Of a stretch of 64,000 nucleotides of DNA, positions 24,957 through 37,974 are shown one piece after another; positions within the stretch are counted from its first letter, which is position 1, and every line of letters starts with the position of its first letter. The notes below the pieces were generated by a model. That model was not told the origin of the DNA. It did not search any database and was given only the letters and a program-made list of their open reading frames with translations. Origin of the DNA: Macrostomum hystrix (Eukaryota; Animalia; Platyhelminthes); the NCBI GenBank assembly GCA_950097015.1, contig CATNEN010000031.1:2790001-2854000 (forward strand). The letters run 5' to 3'. Position numbers and translations under genes: made by a program.

Positions 24957-27900
24957 TCTCTCCCCTGTGTCATCTCTCCCTGTGTCATCTCTCCCTGTGT
25001 CATCTCTCCCTGTGTCATCTCTCCCCTGTGTCATCTCTCCCTGTGTCATCTCTCCCTGTGTCATCTCTCCCTGTGTCATCTCTCCCCTGTGTCATCTCTC
25101 CCTGTGTCATCTCTCCCTGTGTCATCTCTCCCCTGTGTCATCTCTCCCCTGTGTCATCTCTCCCTGTGTCATCTCTCCCTGTGTCATCTCTCCCCTGTGT
25201 CATCTCTCCCCTGTGTCATCTCTCCCCTGTGTCATCTCTCCCCTGTGTCATCTCTCCCTGTGTCATCTCTCCCCTGTGTCATCTCTCCCTGTGTCATCTC
25301 TCCCTGTGTCATCTCTCCCTGTGTCATCTCTCCCTGTGTCATCTCTCCCTGTGTCATCTCTCCCTGTGTCATCTCTCCCTGTGTCATCTCTCCCCTGTGT
25401 CATCTCTCCCTGTGTCATCTCTCCCTGTGTCATCTCTCCCCTGTGTCATCTCTCCCTGTGTCATCTCTCCCTGTGTCATCTCTCCCCTGTGTCATCTCTC
25501 CCCTGTGTCATCTCTCCCTGTGTCATCTCTCCCCTGTGTCATCTCTCCCTGTGTCATCTCTCCCTGTGTCATCTCTCCCTGTGTCATCTCTCCCTGTGTC
25601 ATCTCTCCCTGTGTCATCTCTCCCCTGTGTCATCTCTCCCTGTGTCATCTCTCCCTGTGTCATCTCTCCCTGTGTCATCTCTCCCCTGTGTCATCTCTCC
25701 CTGTGTCATCTCTCCCTGTGTCATCTCTCCCCTGTGTCATCTCTCCCTGTGTCATCTCTCCCTGTGTCATCTCTCCCTGTGTCATCTCTCCCTGTGTCAT
25801 CTCTCCCTGTGTCATCTCTCCCCTGTGTCATCTCTCCCTGTGTCATCTCTCCCTGTGTCATCTCTCCCTGTGTCATCTCTCCCCTGTGTCATCTCTCCCT
25901 GTGTCATCTCTCCCTGTGTCATCTCTCCCCTGTGTCATCTCTCCCTGTGTCATCTCTCCCTGTGTCATCTCTCCCCTGTGTCATCTCTCCCCTGTGTCAT
26001 CTCTCCCTGTGTCATCTCTCCCTGTGTCATCTCTCCCCTGTGTCATCTCTCCCCTGTGTCATCTCTCCCTGTGTCATCTCTCCCTGTGTCATCTCTCCCC
26101 TGTGTCATCTCTCCCCTGTGTCATCTCTCCCTGTGTCATCTCTCCCTGTGTCATCTCTCCCCTGTGTCATCTCTCCCCTGTGTCATCTCTCCCTGTGTCA
26201 TCTCTCCCTGTGTCATCTCTCCCCTGTGTCATCTCTCCCCTGTGTCATCTCTCCCCTGTGTCATCTCTCCCCTGTGTCATCTCTCCCTGTGTCATCTCTC
26301 CCCTGTGTCATCTCTCCCTGTGTCATCTCTCCCTGTGTCATCTCTCCCTGTGTCATCTCTCCCTGTGTCATCTCTCCCCTGTGTCATCTCTCCCCTGTGT
26401 CATCTCTCCCTGTGTCATCTCTCCCTGTGTCATCTCTCCCCTGTGTCATCTCTCCCCTGTGTCATCTCTCCCTGTGTCATCTCTCCCCTGTGTCATCTCT
26501 CCCTGTGTCATCTCTCCCTGTGTCATCTCTCCCTGTGTCATCTCTCCCTGTGTCATCTCTCCCTGTGTCATCTCTCCCCTGTGTCATCTCTCCCTGTGTC
26601 ATCTCTCCCTGTGTCATCTCTCCCTGTGTCATCTCTCCCCTGTGTCATCTCTCCCTGTGTCATCTCTCCCTGTGTCATCTCTCCCCTGTGTCATCTCTCC
26701 CTGTGTCATCTCTCCCTGTGTCATCTCTCCCTGTGTCATCTCTCCCTGTGTCATCTCTCCCTGTGTCATCTCTCCCCTGTGTCATCTCTCCCTGTGTCAT
26801 CTCTCCCTGTGTCATCTCTCCCTGTGTCATCTCTCCCCTGTGTCATCTCTCCCTGTGTCATCTCTCCCTGTGTCATCTCTCCCCTGTGTCATCTCTCCCT
26901 GTGTCATCTCTCCCTGTGTCATCTCTCCCCTGTGTCATCTCTCCCCTGTGTCATCTCTCCCTGTGTCATCTCTCCCTGTGTCATCTCTCCCCTGTGTCAT
27001 CTCTCCCCTGTGTCATCTCTCCCTGTGTCATCTCTCCCTGTGTCATCTCTCCCCTGTGTCATCTCTCCCCTGTGTCATCTCTCCCTGTGTCATCTCTCCC
27101 CTGTGTCATCTCTCCCCTGTGTCATCTCTCCCTGTGTCATCTCTCCCTGTGTCATCTCTCCCCTGTGTCATCTCTCCCCTGTGTCATCTCTCCCCTGTGT
27201 CATCTCTCCCCTGTGTCATCTCTCCCTGTGTCATCTCTCCCCTGTGTCATCTCTCCCTGTGTCATCTCTCCCTGTGTCATCTCTCCCTGTGTCATCTCTC
27301 CCTGTGTCATCTCTCCCCTGTGTCATCTCTCCCTGTGTCATCTCTCCCTGTGTCATCTCTCCCCTGTGTCATCTCTCCCCTGTGTCATCTCTCCCTGTGT
27401 CATCTCTCCCCTGTGTCATCTCTCCCCTGTGTCATCTCTCCCTGTGTCATCTCTCCCCTGTGTCATCTCTCCCTGTGTCATCTCTCCCTGTGTCATCTCT
27501 CCCTGTGTCATCTCTCCCCTGTGTCATCTCTCCCTGTGTCATCTCTCCCCTGTGTCATCTCTCCCCTGTGTCATCTCTCCCCTGTGTCATCTCTCCCTGT
27601 GTCATCTCTCCCCTGTGTCATCTCTCCCCTGTGTCATCTCTCCCTGTGTCATCTCTCCCCTGTGTCATCTCTCCCCTGTGTCATCTCTCCCCTGTCTCAA
27701 CTTTCCCAGTCTTACCTCTCCCAGTCTCATCTCTCCCAGTCTCATCTCTCCCGTGTCTCATCTCTCCTCTGACTCATATCTCCCCTGTCTCATCTCTCCC
27801 TAGTCTCACCTCTCCCAGTCTTACCTCTCCCAGTCTTAGCTCTCCCAGTCTCATCTCTCCCAGTCTCATCTCTCCCGTGTCTCATCTCTCCTCTGACTCA

Positions 27901-28281
27901 TATCTCCCCTGTCTCATCTCTCCTCGGACTCATATCTCCTCTGTCTCATCTCTCCCTAGTCTCACCTCTCCCAGTCTTACCTCTCCCAGTCTTAGCTCTC
28001 CCAGTCTCATCTCTCCCAGTCTCATCTCTCCCTAGTCTCACCTCTCCCAGTCTTACCTCTCCCAGTCTTACCTCTCCCAGTCTCATCTCTCCCAGTCTCA
28101 TCTCTCCCAGTCTCATCTCTCCCAGTCTCATCTCTCCCAGTATCATCTCTCCCAGTCTCATCTCTCCCAGTATCATCTCTCCCAGTCTTACCTCTCCCAG
28201 TCTTACCTCTCCCAGTCTCATCTCTCCCAGTCTCATCTCTCCCAGTCTCATCTCTCCCAGTCTTATCTCTCCCAGTCTCAT
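24957..28281. repeat. Large CT-rich satellite, 15/16-bp unit (CTCTCCC[C]TGTGTCAT) grading into a CTCTCCCAGTCTCAT variant
   Basis: About 3.3 kb array starting about 110 bp after the ZNF330 stop; it produces the spurious 900-1063 aa ORFs. Confidence 0.97.
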
Positions 28282-30219
28282 TCGATCGGAATATATACCT
28301 AGATTGTGCAACACACTGCGTAATAGGCTCGTCAAATGTATTTTCAATACCGCTAATCTACAATGCAGAATTGACACAGATACGTTTCTGGTTTAATTAA
28401 AATACACGATAATAAGCATTGCATTGTCTTGCAAGGTTTGCATTGACAATCATCTGTTGTTGATTTTGTTGTTTATTTTCCTTAGGTTATTTGCCACTCA
28501 CAGGTGAAAGTATGTTTCTTTTTAGCGCTAAGATTCCGTTAAGAAGCTCGGCTGTGTCTGCTCTATGAAATCTCAGTTTGCGATAATGAAAATCAGAATT
28601 GTTATCTACGTGTTGCGCGCTAGGCCTATTCTATATTGCGTGCCCGCCGGTCCCGTGTCAAAGTCCTGGCCACGTGCCATCAGTCAGACTTTCCCACTAA
28701 GGAGTCTTCTTGCTTCACACCTTTCTCTCTTGTAGTGTGTTTTTTGTTATAAATAAAAATCTTTAGATTCTATCTGGTTTCTCGTTAAATGAATTTCTTC
28801 TAGCCGGCCAGGGCTTTCCCAATAATTACAGGCTTTCAATTACCGCTTAGTAATCTGCCTGCACATATCTAATCCTGTTTTGGCATTACAAACGGATGGA
28901 CAATGGCGCTATTCTCAAAAAACTCTGCTGAGAGACCCCTAGGGGAGGCGGGGACAGGGATAGGGGGAACGGGCGGGTTATCGCTGGTTAATCTATAGAT
29001 TACGGAGAGGCCATGCAGAACCAGCATGAATTAAGAGTCATGACGCGAAAGACGCCAGTGTATTAATAGCATTAGTTATTATTATATAGACTCCAAAGCT
29101 GCCTCCTCTCCGCTGCTTTCATTGCGTAACAGGTTAGAGGGGGAGGTCTGCTCTGAGACGGACAGGCCAAATCGCGGGGTCCCTTTCTTATACTGCCAGA
29201 ATTTGTGTTTTCCCTCTGTCTCCTCACAATGTCTATTAGGCCCGTGAGCGGTAATCAAGACTGGGCGATCTTTTTTTCCTCGCTTTCACGCGTCCTTATT
29301 CTTCTTTCACGGTCTAATTACACACGTGCGATGGCGGCGTGCGGCGTGTTTAAAGCGATGCGGGACCTGCCTGTTGATGGCCTCGACGGTGGCGGCACCT
29401 CGATAGCAGAGAGAGCGCTGACCCCCAGGGGCCGAAATGTTGGCCATGCGGGCAGTCTCGCCGCCCCATTCCCCCTTGTAGGTGTCATTGAATTAAAGTG
29501 TATTTTCGACATACAAGACGCCAACATAGGCAATTGAATGTGTGCGGCACGTTGGCTTTCTTAATCAAAAACTCGACATTTAGTCCAGCGTGATGATCGC
29601 TGCTTGTGGTTTTTCTAGTTTATAAACTACTTAATAGCAATCTTATTTCTTCTCTTGCTGTTAGTTTAGTTAGTGTTTAACAAAGACTTGTAAGCAGGCA
29701 ATCTATTCTCACACTTCATTACACTGACCTGCCTCTTAACTCCTCGCCGATATTCTCCTCCGGGCTGTCCTCCGATATAACTCCCATTGTCTGTTACTTC
29801 TATCTCTTACTTGTCTTTAATTTCTAGGATTCCCAGTGGACCTGTTCGCCCTTACCTGTGGGCCACGCAGCCCCTATATAAATTTTAAATAGACATTTTT
29901 CTGACGAAACACCTGCGGGGCTTCCACCGACTTCCCGCCCACTCACCCCACCCCACCCCATACCGCAATGCGGTGCCGCAACCATAATGATTGTTCCGTA
30001 CTCAAGCTTGTATATCCCAGTCGGGCTTCCTCCCCTACTGCGTAATCTCATTCGGCGTGTTGTTCAACTAAACCGCTATTCCAACACTAAAGTGGCCAAT
30101 GCTTGTGTTGCGTGTTGATTTGCTTGTGTGTTTGATTTTCGCTTCAAAATACATTGTTAGCCAAAGTCCTGCGGGCTAGTAAATTGATTTTAATTCGTTT
30201 TCTAATCCACACCTTAGCC

Positions 30220-30710
30220 CAGGGGTCGGCAAACTTATTAGCGTGCGGGCCACGGAGAGAAGCTAAAAGACGACAGCGGGCCGCATTAACTGTAGGAATA
30301 TGAGAAAGGGGTGAGATGAGACGCATGAAAGATGAGACATAAAATATAAGACAAGGGAACGAGGAGACACGGGAGAGATGAGACACGGGAGAGACGAGAC
30401 ACAGGAGAGATTAGGCATGGGATAGATGCGACTGAGACAGAAGATATGACACGGGATAGATAAGACACGGGAGAGATGAAACACAGGAGAGATGAGGCAT
30501 GGGATAGATGCGACTGAGACAGTGATGAGATGAGACAGGTGAGGGACTAGTCAGAGATGAGATGAGACAGAGAAGAAATGAGATAGGAAGAGATGACACG
30601 GGAGAGAGACGGGAGAGTTGAGACCGAGAGATGAGACTCTCCATCTCCAGATGGCCGGGAGCTTCGAGGGCCGCATCTGCAGCCCGCGAGCCGGAGTTTG
30701 CCGACCCCTG
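30220..30710. mobile_element. Non-autonomous hAT (Charlie/Buster-like) MITE
   Basis: Terminal inverted repeats CAGGGGTCGGCAAACT / AGTTTGCCGACCCCTG, an exact 8-bp TSD CCTTAGCC (30212-30219 and 30711-30718), subterminal GCGGGCCGCA-type motifs and an internal GA-rich minisatellite. Confidence 0.88.
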
Positions 30711-30721
30711 CCTTAGCCAAT

Positions 30722-31033
30722 GGCATGGAGCTCTGAATCTAGAAACTGGAGAGAGAGAACTCCACCGCCTAAGTCCCATTTTCTTTTTTAAAGAAAAATC
30801 TGATCTTTTTAAGTTTTTAAAAAGTTTATTAGTACATTCGATACGTATTGACCTCCATTTAATGACAGCTGACAGCTAAAACAGGTAGACACTCAAGCTT
30901 CAGCTAAAATGTAGAGAATTTATTCCGCTTTCTAATGAAACAAACATTTTGAAAATATCAGCCCACACTGGTCGGGAAAATGGGAGTTTGGCGGGAGTTG
31001 TCTCCCCAGTTTCTAGATACAGAGTTCCATGCC
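30722..31033. mobile_element. MITE-like inverted-repeat element
   Basis: Imperfect TIRs of about 40 bp: GGCATGGAGCTCTGAATCTAGAAACTGG... / ...CCAGTTTCTAGATACAGAGTTCCATGCC. No clear TSD. Confidence 0.5.
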
Positions 31034-31054
31034 TAAGGCCTACCTATTATAAAG

Positions 31055-31178
31055 CAATTAAGCAATGGGTTATTTTGAGTCTTGCTCAAGGACTTAAATT
31101 TTTTACTTTGGACTGAGATTCGAACTCCCGACCTCTAAGTCAAAACTCTTCAGTTCTAACCCCTGGACTACAACTTTT
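31055..31178 (-). mobile_element. SINE 5' fragment (family of 9552-9830)
   Basis: Minus strand gttgtagtccaggggttagaac...ggtcgggagttcgaatctc...aagtccttgagcaagactc: A box, B box and the start of the core domain. Confidence 0.6.
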
Positions 31179-31974
31179 TACTTCGCTTTAAGGTCTATTT
31201 CTTTATAGTTTTTGTTCGAACCAGGCAATGTTCAAATATTTTTCGCTAACTGCTGAATGCGCAATACAAATAAACACCAGGTGTTGGTTTTCGACACTAT
31301 TTTTTCTCTGTCCAATCCATAGGAAAAATCATTTCGCTTGTCTGACCTGAAATCTAAGATCAGCCGGGTTCGGTGCATTGCGGCATTGTTGGCTATGAAA
31401 ACACTGACTAGAATGATGCCTTCCAGTAAACCCGATGGGCCTAATTTATAACTTACTGCAATTCATTCACCTGTGATATTATTCGCCAGTTCTGCCAGTG
31501 AGGATATTAGATGGAAAGCGGAATTTCCCGTCTACACAAATGGCTTCTTTGTCTTCAGTTTTCCTATCTGCTTACAAGTTGGTGTCTTATAATTTTCTCT
31601 CTGGCAAAAGTGACGCTAAATGCGCAGTTTACATTTGCCTTTATCTTCTCTCCCTAAATCGGCCATCCCAGTGCTGCAATCACAGCACAGATTTGATACA
31701 TTAAATGGCATCGCATCGTAATATTGGGACAGATAGGAAATAGTACTGATTCTATTAAATTTGTTGATTCAAGGATCAACCATTTCAATTTTCTTTAGCT
31801 GAAATTGTAAAGAATGAAAAAGTTTGGAAAATAATGCAATAAAAAAGCAAGCAAACGATTGTGAATCGTAGAGTAATCCAAGCTAGTCATCGTTTTAGTA
31901 ATTATTAAACTGTGATGTTGCATTTCAGGCACCTGTCTGCGCCTGATCTATTGCTGCTGGTTTTACAGTCAGTT

Positions 31975-32031
31975 ATGGAACCGGTGCTACAGCAGCAGCA
32001 GCTTCAGACTGACCAGCAGCAGCAGCAACAG

Positions 32032-32072
<41 letters not shown>

Positions 32073-32139
32073 ACAACAACAACAGCAACCTCAACAGCAG
32101 CAGCAGCAGCTTCAGACTGACCAGCAGCAGCAGCAACAG

Positions 32140-32205
<66 letters not shown>

Positions 32206-32313
32206 CTTCAGACTGACCAGCAGCAGCAGCAGCAACAGCAACAGCAGCAGCAGCAACAACAACAACAGCAACCTCAACAGCAGCAGCAGCAGCTTCAGGC
32301 TGACCAGCAGCAA

Positions 32314-32360
<47 letters not shown>

Positions 32361-32415
32361 GCAACAGCAGCTTCAGACTAACCAGCAGCAACAGCAGCAA
32401 TGTTGGATTGAAGGG
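31975..32415 (+). CDS. Putative polyglutamine first coding exon of HENMT1
   Basis: ATG 31975 (MEPVLQQQ...), CAG/CAA repeat with LQTD spacers, phase-0 donor GGG|gttcgt at 32416; an 87-nt intron leads to the phase-0 acceptor ttgcag|GCA at 32503. Confidence 0.55.
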
Positions 32416-32502
32416 GTTCGTCTTGTCTCAAATTATAAAAAAAATTACTAGATAAAAAAACGCTTAACTTTTTAAGTGTCGCGAAATTCTTCACACTTGC
32501 AG

Positions 32503-32547
32503 GCATCCGCAGTGGGTCAGTTCGATAACTCGCCCGACGACACAGAA

Positions 32548-32579
<32 letters not shown>

Positions 32580-33978
32580 CGACTCGCCAATCTTGTACTA
32601 CAGAGCCTATAGTCGACCAGACTGGTACAACCCGTTCGACGAAGAGAAGTACAGCTGGTCACTGAGTCAGCTTCAGCTGCGCAGTCCAGCTGCCCGAGCC
32701 AGCGCCCAGCGAGTTGTGTACCCCAGCCGGCCCCGCCTCCAGCCAATCGGAGGCGGCGGTGATCACGATGGCGGCGAATCTTCGTCTCTGATTGCCGGCT
32801 TCGTGCCGGCGCTTTACAAGCAGCGGTATAGCGCCGTTTTCGACCTGATTGTTGACCGATTCGGCAACAATGCCAGCCGGAGCGGCGTTGTTAAACTAGT
32901 CGACATTGGCGCCGCCGAGTGTCGCCTGCTCGCCCTGTCGCTCAAATTTCTTCGCTTCGCCGTCGACTACATCGCCGTAGACGCTGTGGCTGACACGGAG
33001 CCGACGATGACGGAGGCGGCCAGACTGAGCCTGGCGCCGGTACTCTGCGACTACATCAGCAGGCGGACCAAGCCGCTGCGGGCCCGCCTGCTGGCCGGCT
33101 GCGCTACAGAGCCCGATGCCCGCCTGGCTGGCGCCGACGCCGCCGTGCTAGTCGAAGTGATCGAACACCTGACTGTTGATCAGCTGGCCAGACTGCCCGC
33201 GCATCTGTTTGGCCAGCTGCGGCCAGGCCTGGTGATTGTCACCACACCGAATGCCGAGTTCAATGTCTGCTTCGGAACTCGCTTCCCCGGCCTGCGGCAT
33301 CACGATCACAAGTTCGAGTGGAGCCGGGCCCAGTTCCAGGCCTGGTCGCATCGAATCGCCGGGCATTACGGATACTCGGTTCGGTTCCAGGGTTGCGGCA
33401 ACCCGCCAGCCGGGCTGGAAATCATTGGCCCCTGCTCGCAGATTGCCGTCTTCACTCTTCCAACGGTTCAACATTCCGGTGACGTCATCAACTCAGATTG
33501 CTCCAGTGACACCAATCGGCCCCCGTATCCGACTAGCGAGCCCTACAGGCCGGTGCTAGACGTTGAGTTTCCATGGCAACCGGAGCCGCCGCGTGAGGAG
33601 CGCCTGCCGCAGGAAGCTATCAGCTGCGCTCGCAGCAGCTTCCTATTCGAGCAGCATCGGCGCAACACTGCCCCGATCGGGGACGAGGACTGCTACAGCG
33701 ACGACGACGAAGTCCGGCTGTCAATCAGTCGACTGTGCAGATATGCCGTGCTGAAATCAATCGGCGCCAGCGTCGGCGAAGTTGCCGACGCTCTGGCTGC
33801 GGCTGGATTTCGACTTAGCGACGATCGCGAGTTTGTTTTAGGCCTACCGGATGACGATTCCTCTAGCAATTCGCGAGACTGGGAGCCCGACGGAGAGGAA
33901 GAAGACAAGGAAGAGGCGGTTGGCTGGTCGTGGAAGTCTGATCCATGCGCTGGTTTAAACACGCAATTGAGTGATTAA
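32503..33978 (+). CDS. HENMT1: Small RNA (piRNA/siRNA) 3'-terminal 2'-O-methyltransferase HEN1, main exon
   Basis: Hallmark motifs FVPALYKQRY (FxPxLY), SAM-binding LVDIGAAECRLL, VEVIEHL, TTPNAEFN and LRHHDHKFEWSRAQF; acidic C-terminal tail. Confidence 0.93.
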
Positions 33979-34280
33979 TCATTAAGAAAGTCGGAAAATT
34001 TATTGAGCAAAAATTCGCTAAAATTCGCTAAAGCAAGCATTTTTTATATCGAATTGTTTAGGGCCGTTTTTACTCATTAAAAAAGTAGTGTGGGCCTGCC
34101 ACTTAATTTTGTGCCTATCACGGTTTTTTTTAGTTAGTGAAAACTGATTCCAATAAACTGCACGGCAGCTGGACAATTCCATTCTTTATGATACTCCTCC
34201 TCTCCTCTTCACACTCGCCTGCCTGAAAAAATAACTTTCGATTGCTGCGTCTGCAGCTGCTGCCACTTTGGCTACCTTGA

Positions 34281-34325
<45 letters not shown>

Positions 34326-34842
34326 CAGGAGTTGCTCAGGGACTCTTCAGACCCAGCTGGAGTGCCCTTTCCTTATTCTCGTAGATTCCTCGCCAATTGC
34401 TCCCATTTTCTCTATCATTACTCAATTTTCTGTCTCTCAGTCTCGCCTATTGTTCAGCATCATTTAAAAAGTAGCATTTTTTCAAGAAAAAAAAACATTT
34501 TTTGCCTCTTGTTGCCTTTTGTGTGCTCAAAAATGGCACAACAGCTTCAGTCTGGAGCCTTGTTGCGGCATTGTTTATTGATTTATAAAATGGTTAGATC
34601 GCCAATGATAAGTTGTGAATAATTTGCTGATTTGCTTGTCTTTTAAGCGGTTGAAAAGCATTTCTAGCTTCCATGGTTTCCTGTTAATGAAATTCGAAAT
34701 ACAAGTGTATATGGCATGGCCTGCTGCCTGATTCTCTTCATTTGAAATGGCCGTTGCCAACTTACAACTATATCGCCAGTTTTGACTGTTAAATTGTCTT
34801 CTCTTACGAGTAGAGGCAAAAAATATAGCCAAAAACACTTCT

Positions 34843-35515
34843 AATGACCACACCGAATCAAATGACACTTCCGATGACTCCACACCGAATCAAATGACAC
34901 TTCCGATGACTCCACACCGAATCAAATGACACTTCCGATGACTCCACACCGAATCAAATGACACTTCCGATGACTCCACACCGAATCAAATGACACTTCC
35001 GATGACTCCACACCGAATCAAATGACACTTCCGATGACTCCACACCGAATCCAAGGACAATTCCGATGACTCCACACCAAATCCAAGGACAATTCCGATG
35101 ACTCCACACCGAATCCAAGGACAATTCCGATGACTCCACACCGAATCCAAGGACAATTCCGATGACTCCACACCGAATCCAAGGACACTTCCGATGACTC
35201 CAGACCGAATCCAAGGACAATTCCGATGACTCCACACCGAATCCAAGGACAATTCCGATGACTCCACACCGAATCCAAGGACACTTCCGATGACTCCACA
35301 CCGAATCCAAGGACTCTTCCGATAACTCCACACCGAATCCAAGGACACTTCCAATGACTCCACACCGAATCCAAGGACACTTCCAATGACTCCACACCGA
35401 ATCCAAGGACACTTCCAATGACTCCACACCGAATCCAAGGACACTTCCAATGACTCCACACCGAATCCAAGGACACTTCCAATGACTCCACACCGAATCC
35501 AAGGACACTTCCGAT
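34843..35515. repeat. Tandem array, 32-bp unit (GACTCCACACCGAATCCAAGGACACTTCCGAT), about 21 copies
   Basis: 32-bp periodicity with polarised variants (CAAAT then CCAAG; CCGAT then CCAAT). Confidence 0.95.
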
Positions 35516-36271
35516 GGCACTGCTGAGTTTTGCTTTAATTTTGCGATGGAACAATGGCCTGGATTTTAGTGTCGGGTGATTAGGAAAATGGGATTATGAG
35601 AGAGCGGTCGCCTAGGAGAAGTGGCCCCAGGCGCACGTGCCTGCCCGCTGTCCGGTACCCATATTCGATTGCATTCTTTTACTGGGATAATCTGACACGC
35701 TTATCCTAATCTATCCATGCGAGAAGACCCCAGCCGACCCCCTGAGGCTGCGGCTGAATGGGGTATCTTCCAGCTTTGGATCGTGGATGCGGGCGACGGG
35801 AGACTAGGCAGTCTCCAACTGAATCCCCCGAGGGCTGCGGCCGTCCACCTGAGGCCAATTAAACTCGATGGAGAGGATCGGGGCGGGAACTCCCGAAGAT
35901 GGGATATTGTCCCTGCACAATGCGTTTTCGCATGCCTGGCTGCACTGGCCTTCGCTCTTGACCGCTCGGCTGTCTCCCCTGTCTGCGTTTATACTCTTTG
36001 TTATCGCTTTCCCTTTCATCCGGTACACTTCTTATTGTTAACTAATTTTCAATTTAGCCATAATCAACTGTAGAGGGTGCTTTATTCGCGTCTCCGCTGA
36101 CCCGTGCGAGCGAGCAGACGCCATTATGGGCTGGCTAATCCTTCCCGGTGGGCCGCTGTGTGCTTGCATGCGGCAATTAGCGACCTGCCCATACTATACA
36201 ATTCCGAGTAGTTCAAAGCGCCATGTCAGCGGCTGGTCTAGCCCTTTGTGGTGGACTATCCGGATGCCATG

Positions 36272-36453
36272 CTCCTCTGCTCTCCTCTCCTCTTTTATCT
36301 CCTCTCTTCTCCTCTCCTCTGCTCTCCTCTCCTCTGCTCTCCTCTCCTCTCCTCTCTTCTCCTCCACTCTCCTCTCTTCTCTTCTCCTCTCGACTCTTCT
36401 CCTCTCTTCTCCTCTCTTCTCCTCTCCTCTTTTCTCTTCTCCTCCACTCTCCA
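36272..36453. repeat. CT-rich low-complexity tract (CTCCT/CTCTT)n
   Basis: Visible pyrimidine repeat. Confidence 0.9.
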
Positions 36454-36984
36454 CTTTAAAACTTAGTCATTCACAGATAGTGTCTTCAAATTTTTCTCCC
36501 ATTTTTTTAGCCGAACAATGATCGATGGCCTAATACTCGTAAATCCATACCCGTACATTTGTGCTTGCATATATGCCCTAATTGTTACTCGAGTCTATAA
36601 TTACGCATTTTCGCATGCAATATCCTTGTGGCAGTACTTAGCCAGCAGTTTCAGCTAGATTCCAGTTCACTGCCGTGCTAGCTATTATGATTTTTCCTGT
36701 TCTAATTTCCATTCGGACACTGCTCCGCTATACTCTGTCTGATCATTTCCGCATTGCGGCTCCCCGCAATGTCCTCTTTTGAGACCAAGCTACTAAACTG
36801 ACACTACTCCGACCTGAACTGCACCTCCTGTAGGTGACCGGCTCAGCTGACCAATCACGGCACCCCAAATGCCCCCGTTGTTGCTCAAAAGTACAAATAG
36901 ACAAATTATAACGGCTCATTGAGATTAAGTAATTAAATAATTGCCATCAATTTTAATCGATTTTCCATGTCGAGTTATCGATTA

Positions 36985-37150
36985 CTATTGATTTATCGAT
37001 TTCTATTGATTTATCGATTTCTATTGATTTATCGATTTCCATTGACTTATCGATTTCCATTGATTTATCGATTTCTATTGATTTTTTATTTCCATTGATT
37101 TATCGATTTCTATCATATTATCTATTTCTATCGATTTATCGATTTTTATT
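36985..37150. repeat. Short degenerate 18-bp array (ATTGATTTATCGATTTCT)
   Basis: Several consecutive copies visible. Confidence 0.8.
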
Positions 37151-37974
37151 GGCTTATCAATCATAATATCATAATCATATTTTTACTTTCGATCTTTCTT
37201 GATCCATTAGTGTTGAACATTTCATATTTTTTACTTGTAATTACTCTAAGCGTTACCTGTTGACAGTAAACATTTTTTCAGTTGCTAGACCAATTAGGTA
37301 CAACACGTAATTTTGATAATTTCATCACATGATCTCCTACACTTCCTTATTGTAGCAAACATGTGCATAAGCGACTGCAATTTGGGCTCGAAAAGAATTA
37401 GCAAATAAGAGTTTTGAGATTTTTCTCCAAGATGGAGCAATAAAACTCGACATTAAATAATTGTGTCTCTCCTATGAAAAATGCAGATTTCTGAGCTGGT
37501 TCTTGTGTGAAAGCCAGTTAAGTGTAGAATTGATTTCCTTTGCAAACTAAATTATTGCTACAGTATGCTGCAGTGTTACCGCTGGCTTCTAAATCAACTA
37601 GTGCGCAGTTGCTGCTGCATTTAGTGTTTATTACAGGCCGTGTAGCGGCTGGGTCTCGAGTGCCCGACCGCATTCTCGACACCTAAACCTCGAAATGCGC
37701 TAACTTCGTGTAGCACTCAGGCAGGCAGATAAAGGAATTGCTCGTTAATAAAACAAACTGCAACTGATGAGCGGCCTGATGTCTCTCTATCCGACTTGAC
37801 CCAAACTGGCTACATTCTAACTATTTTTATGTTTCATTTCTGGCAACGCTTTTTATGACGTAAAACTCTTCAGACTTATTATTATTTGATTGCTTTTTAC
37901 TCCATCGAAACCGACCGTCCGTAAAGCTATGAAATCCTGCACTGTGGCCCTGATAACACTCTGTCTTATCTATC

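Noticed and set aside
31987-32400. Poly-Leu ORF on the minus strand
   Set aside because: Antisense shadow of the CAG/CAA tract.
34843-35554. Regular 32-bp repeats, CRISPR-like at first glance; also three Cys/Trp-rich ORFs
   Set aside because: Head-to-tail tandem units with no unique spacers and no cas genes, in a eukaryotic context. The 12262, 18285 and 22152 arrays were rejected for the same reason.
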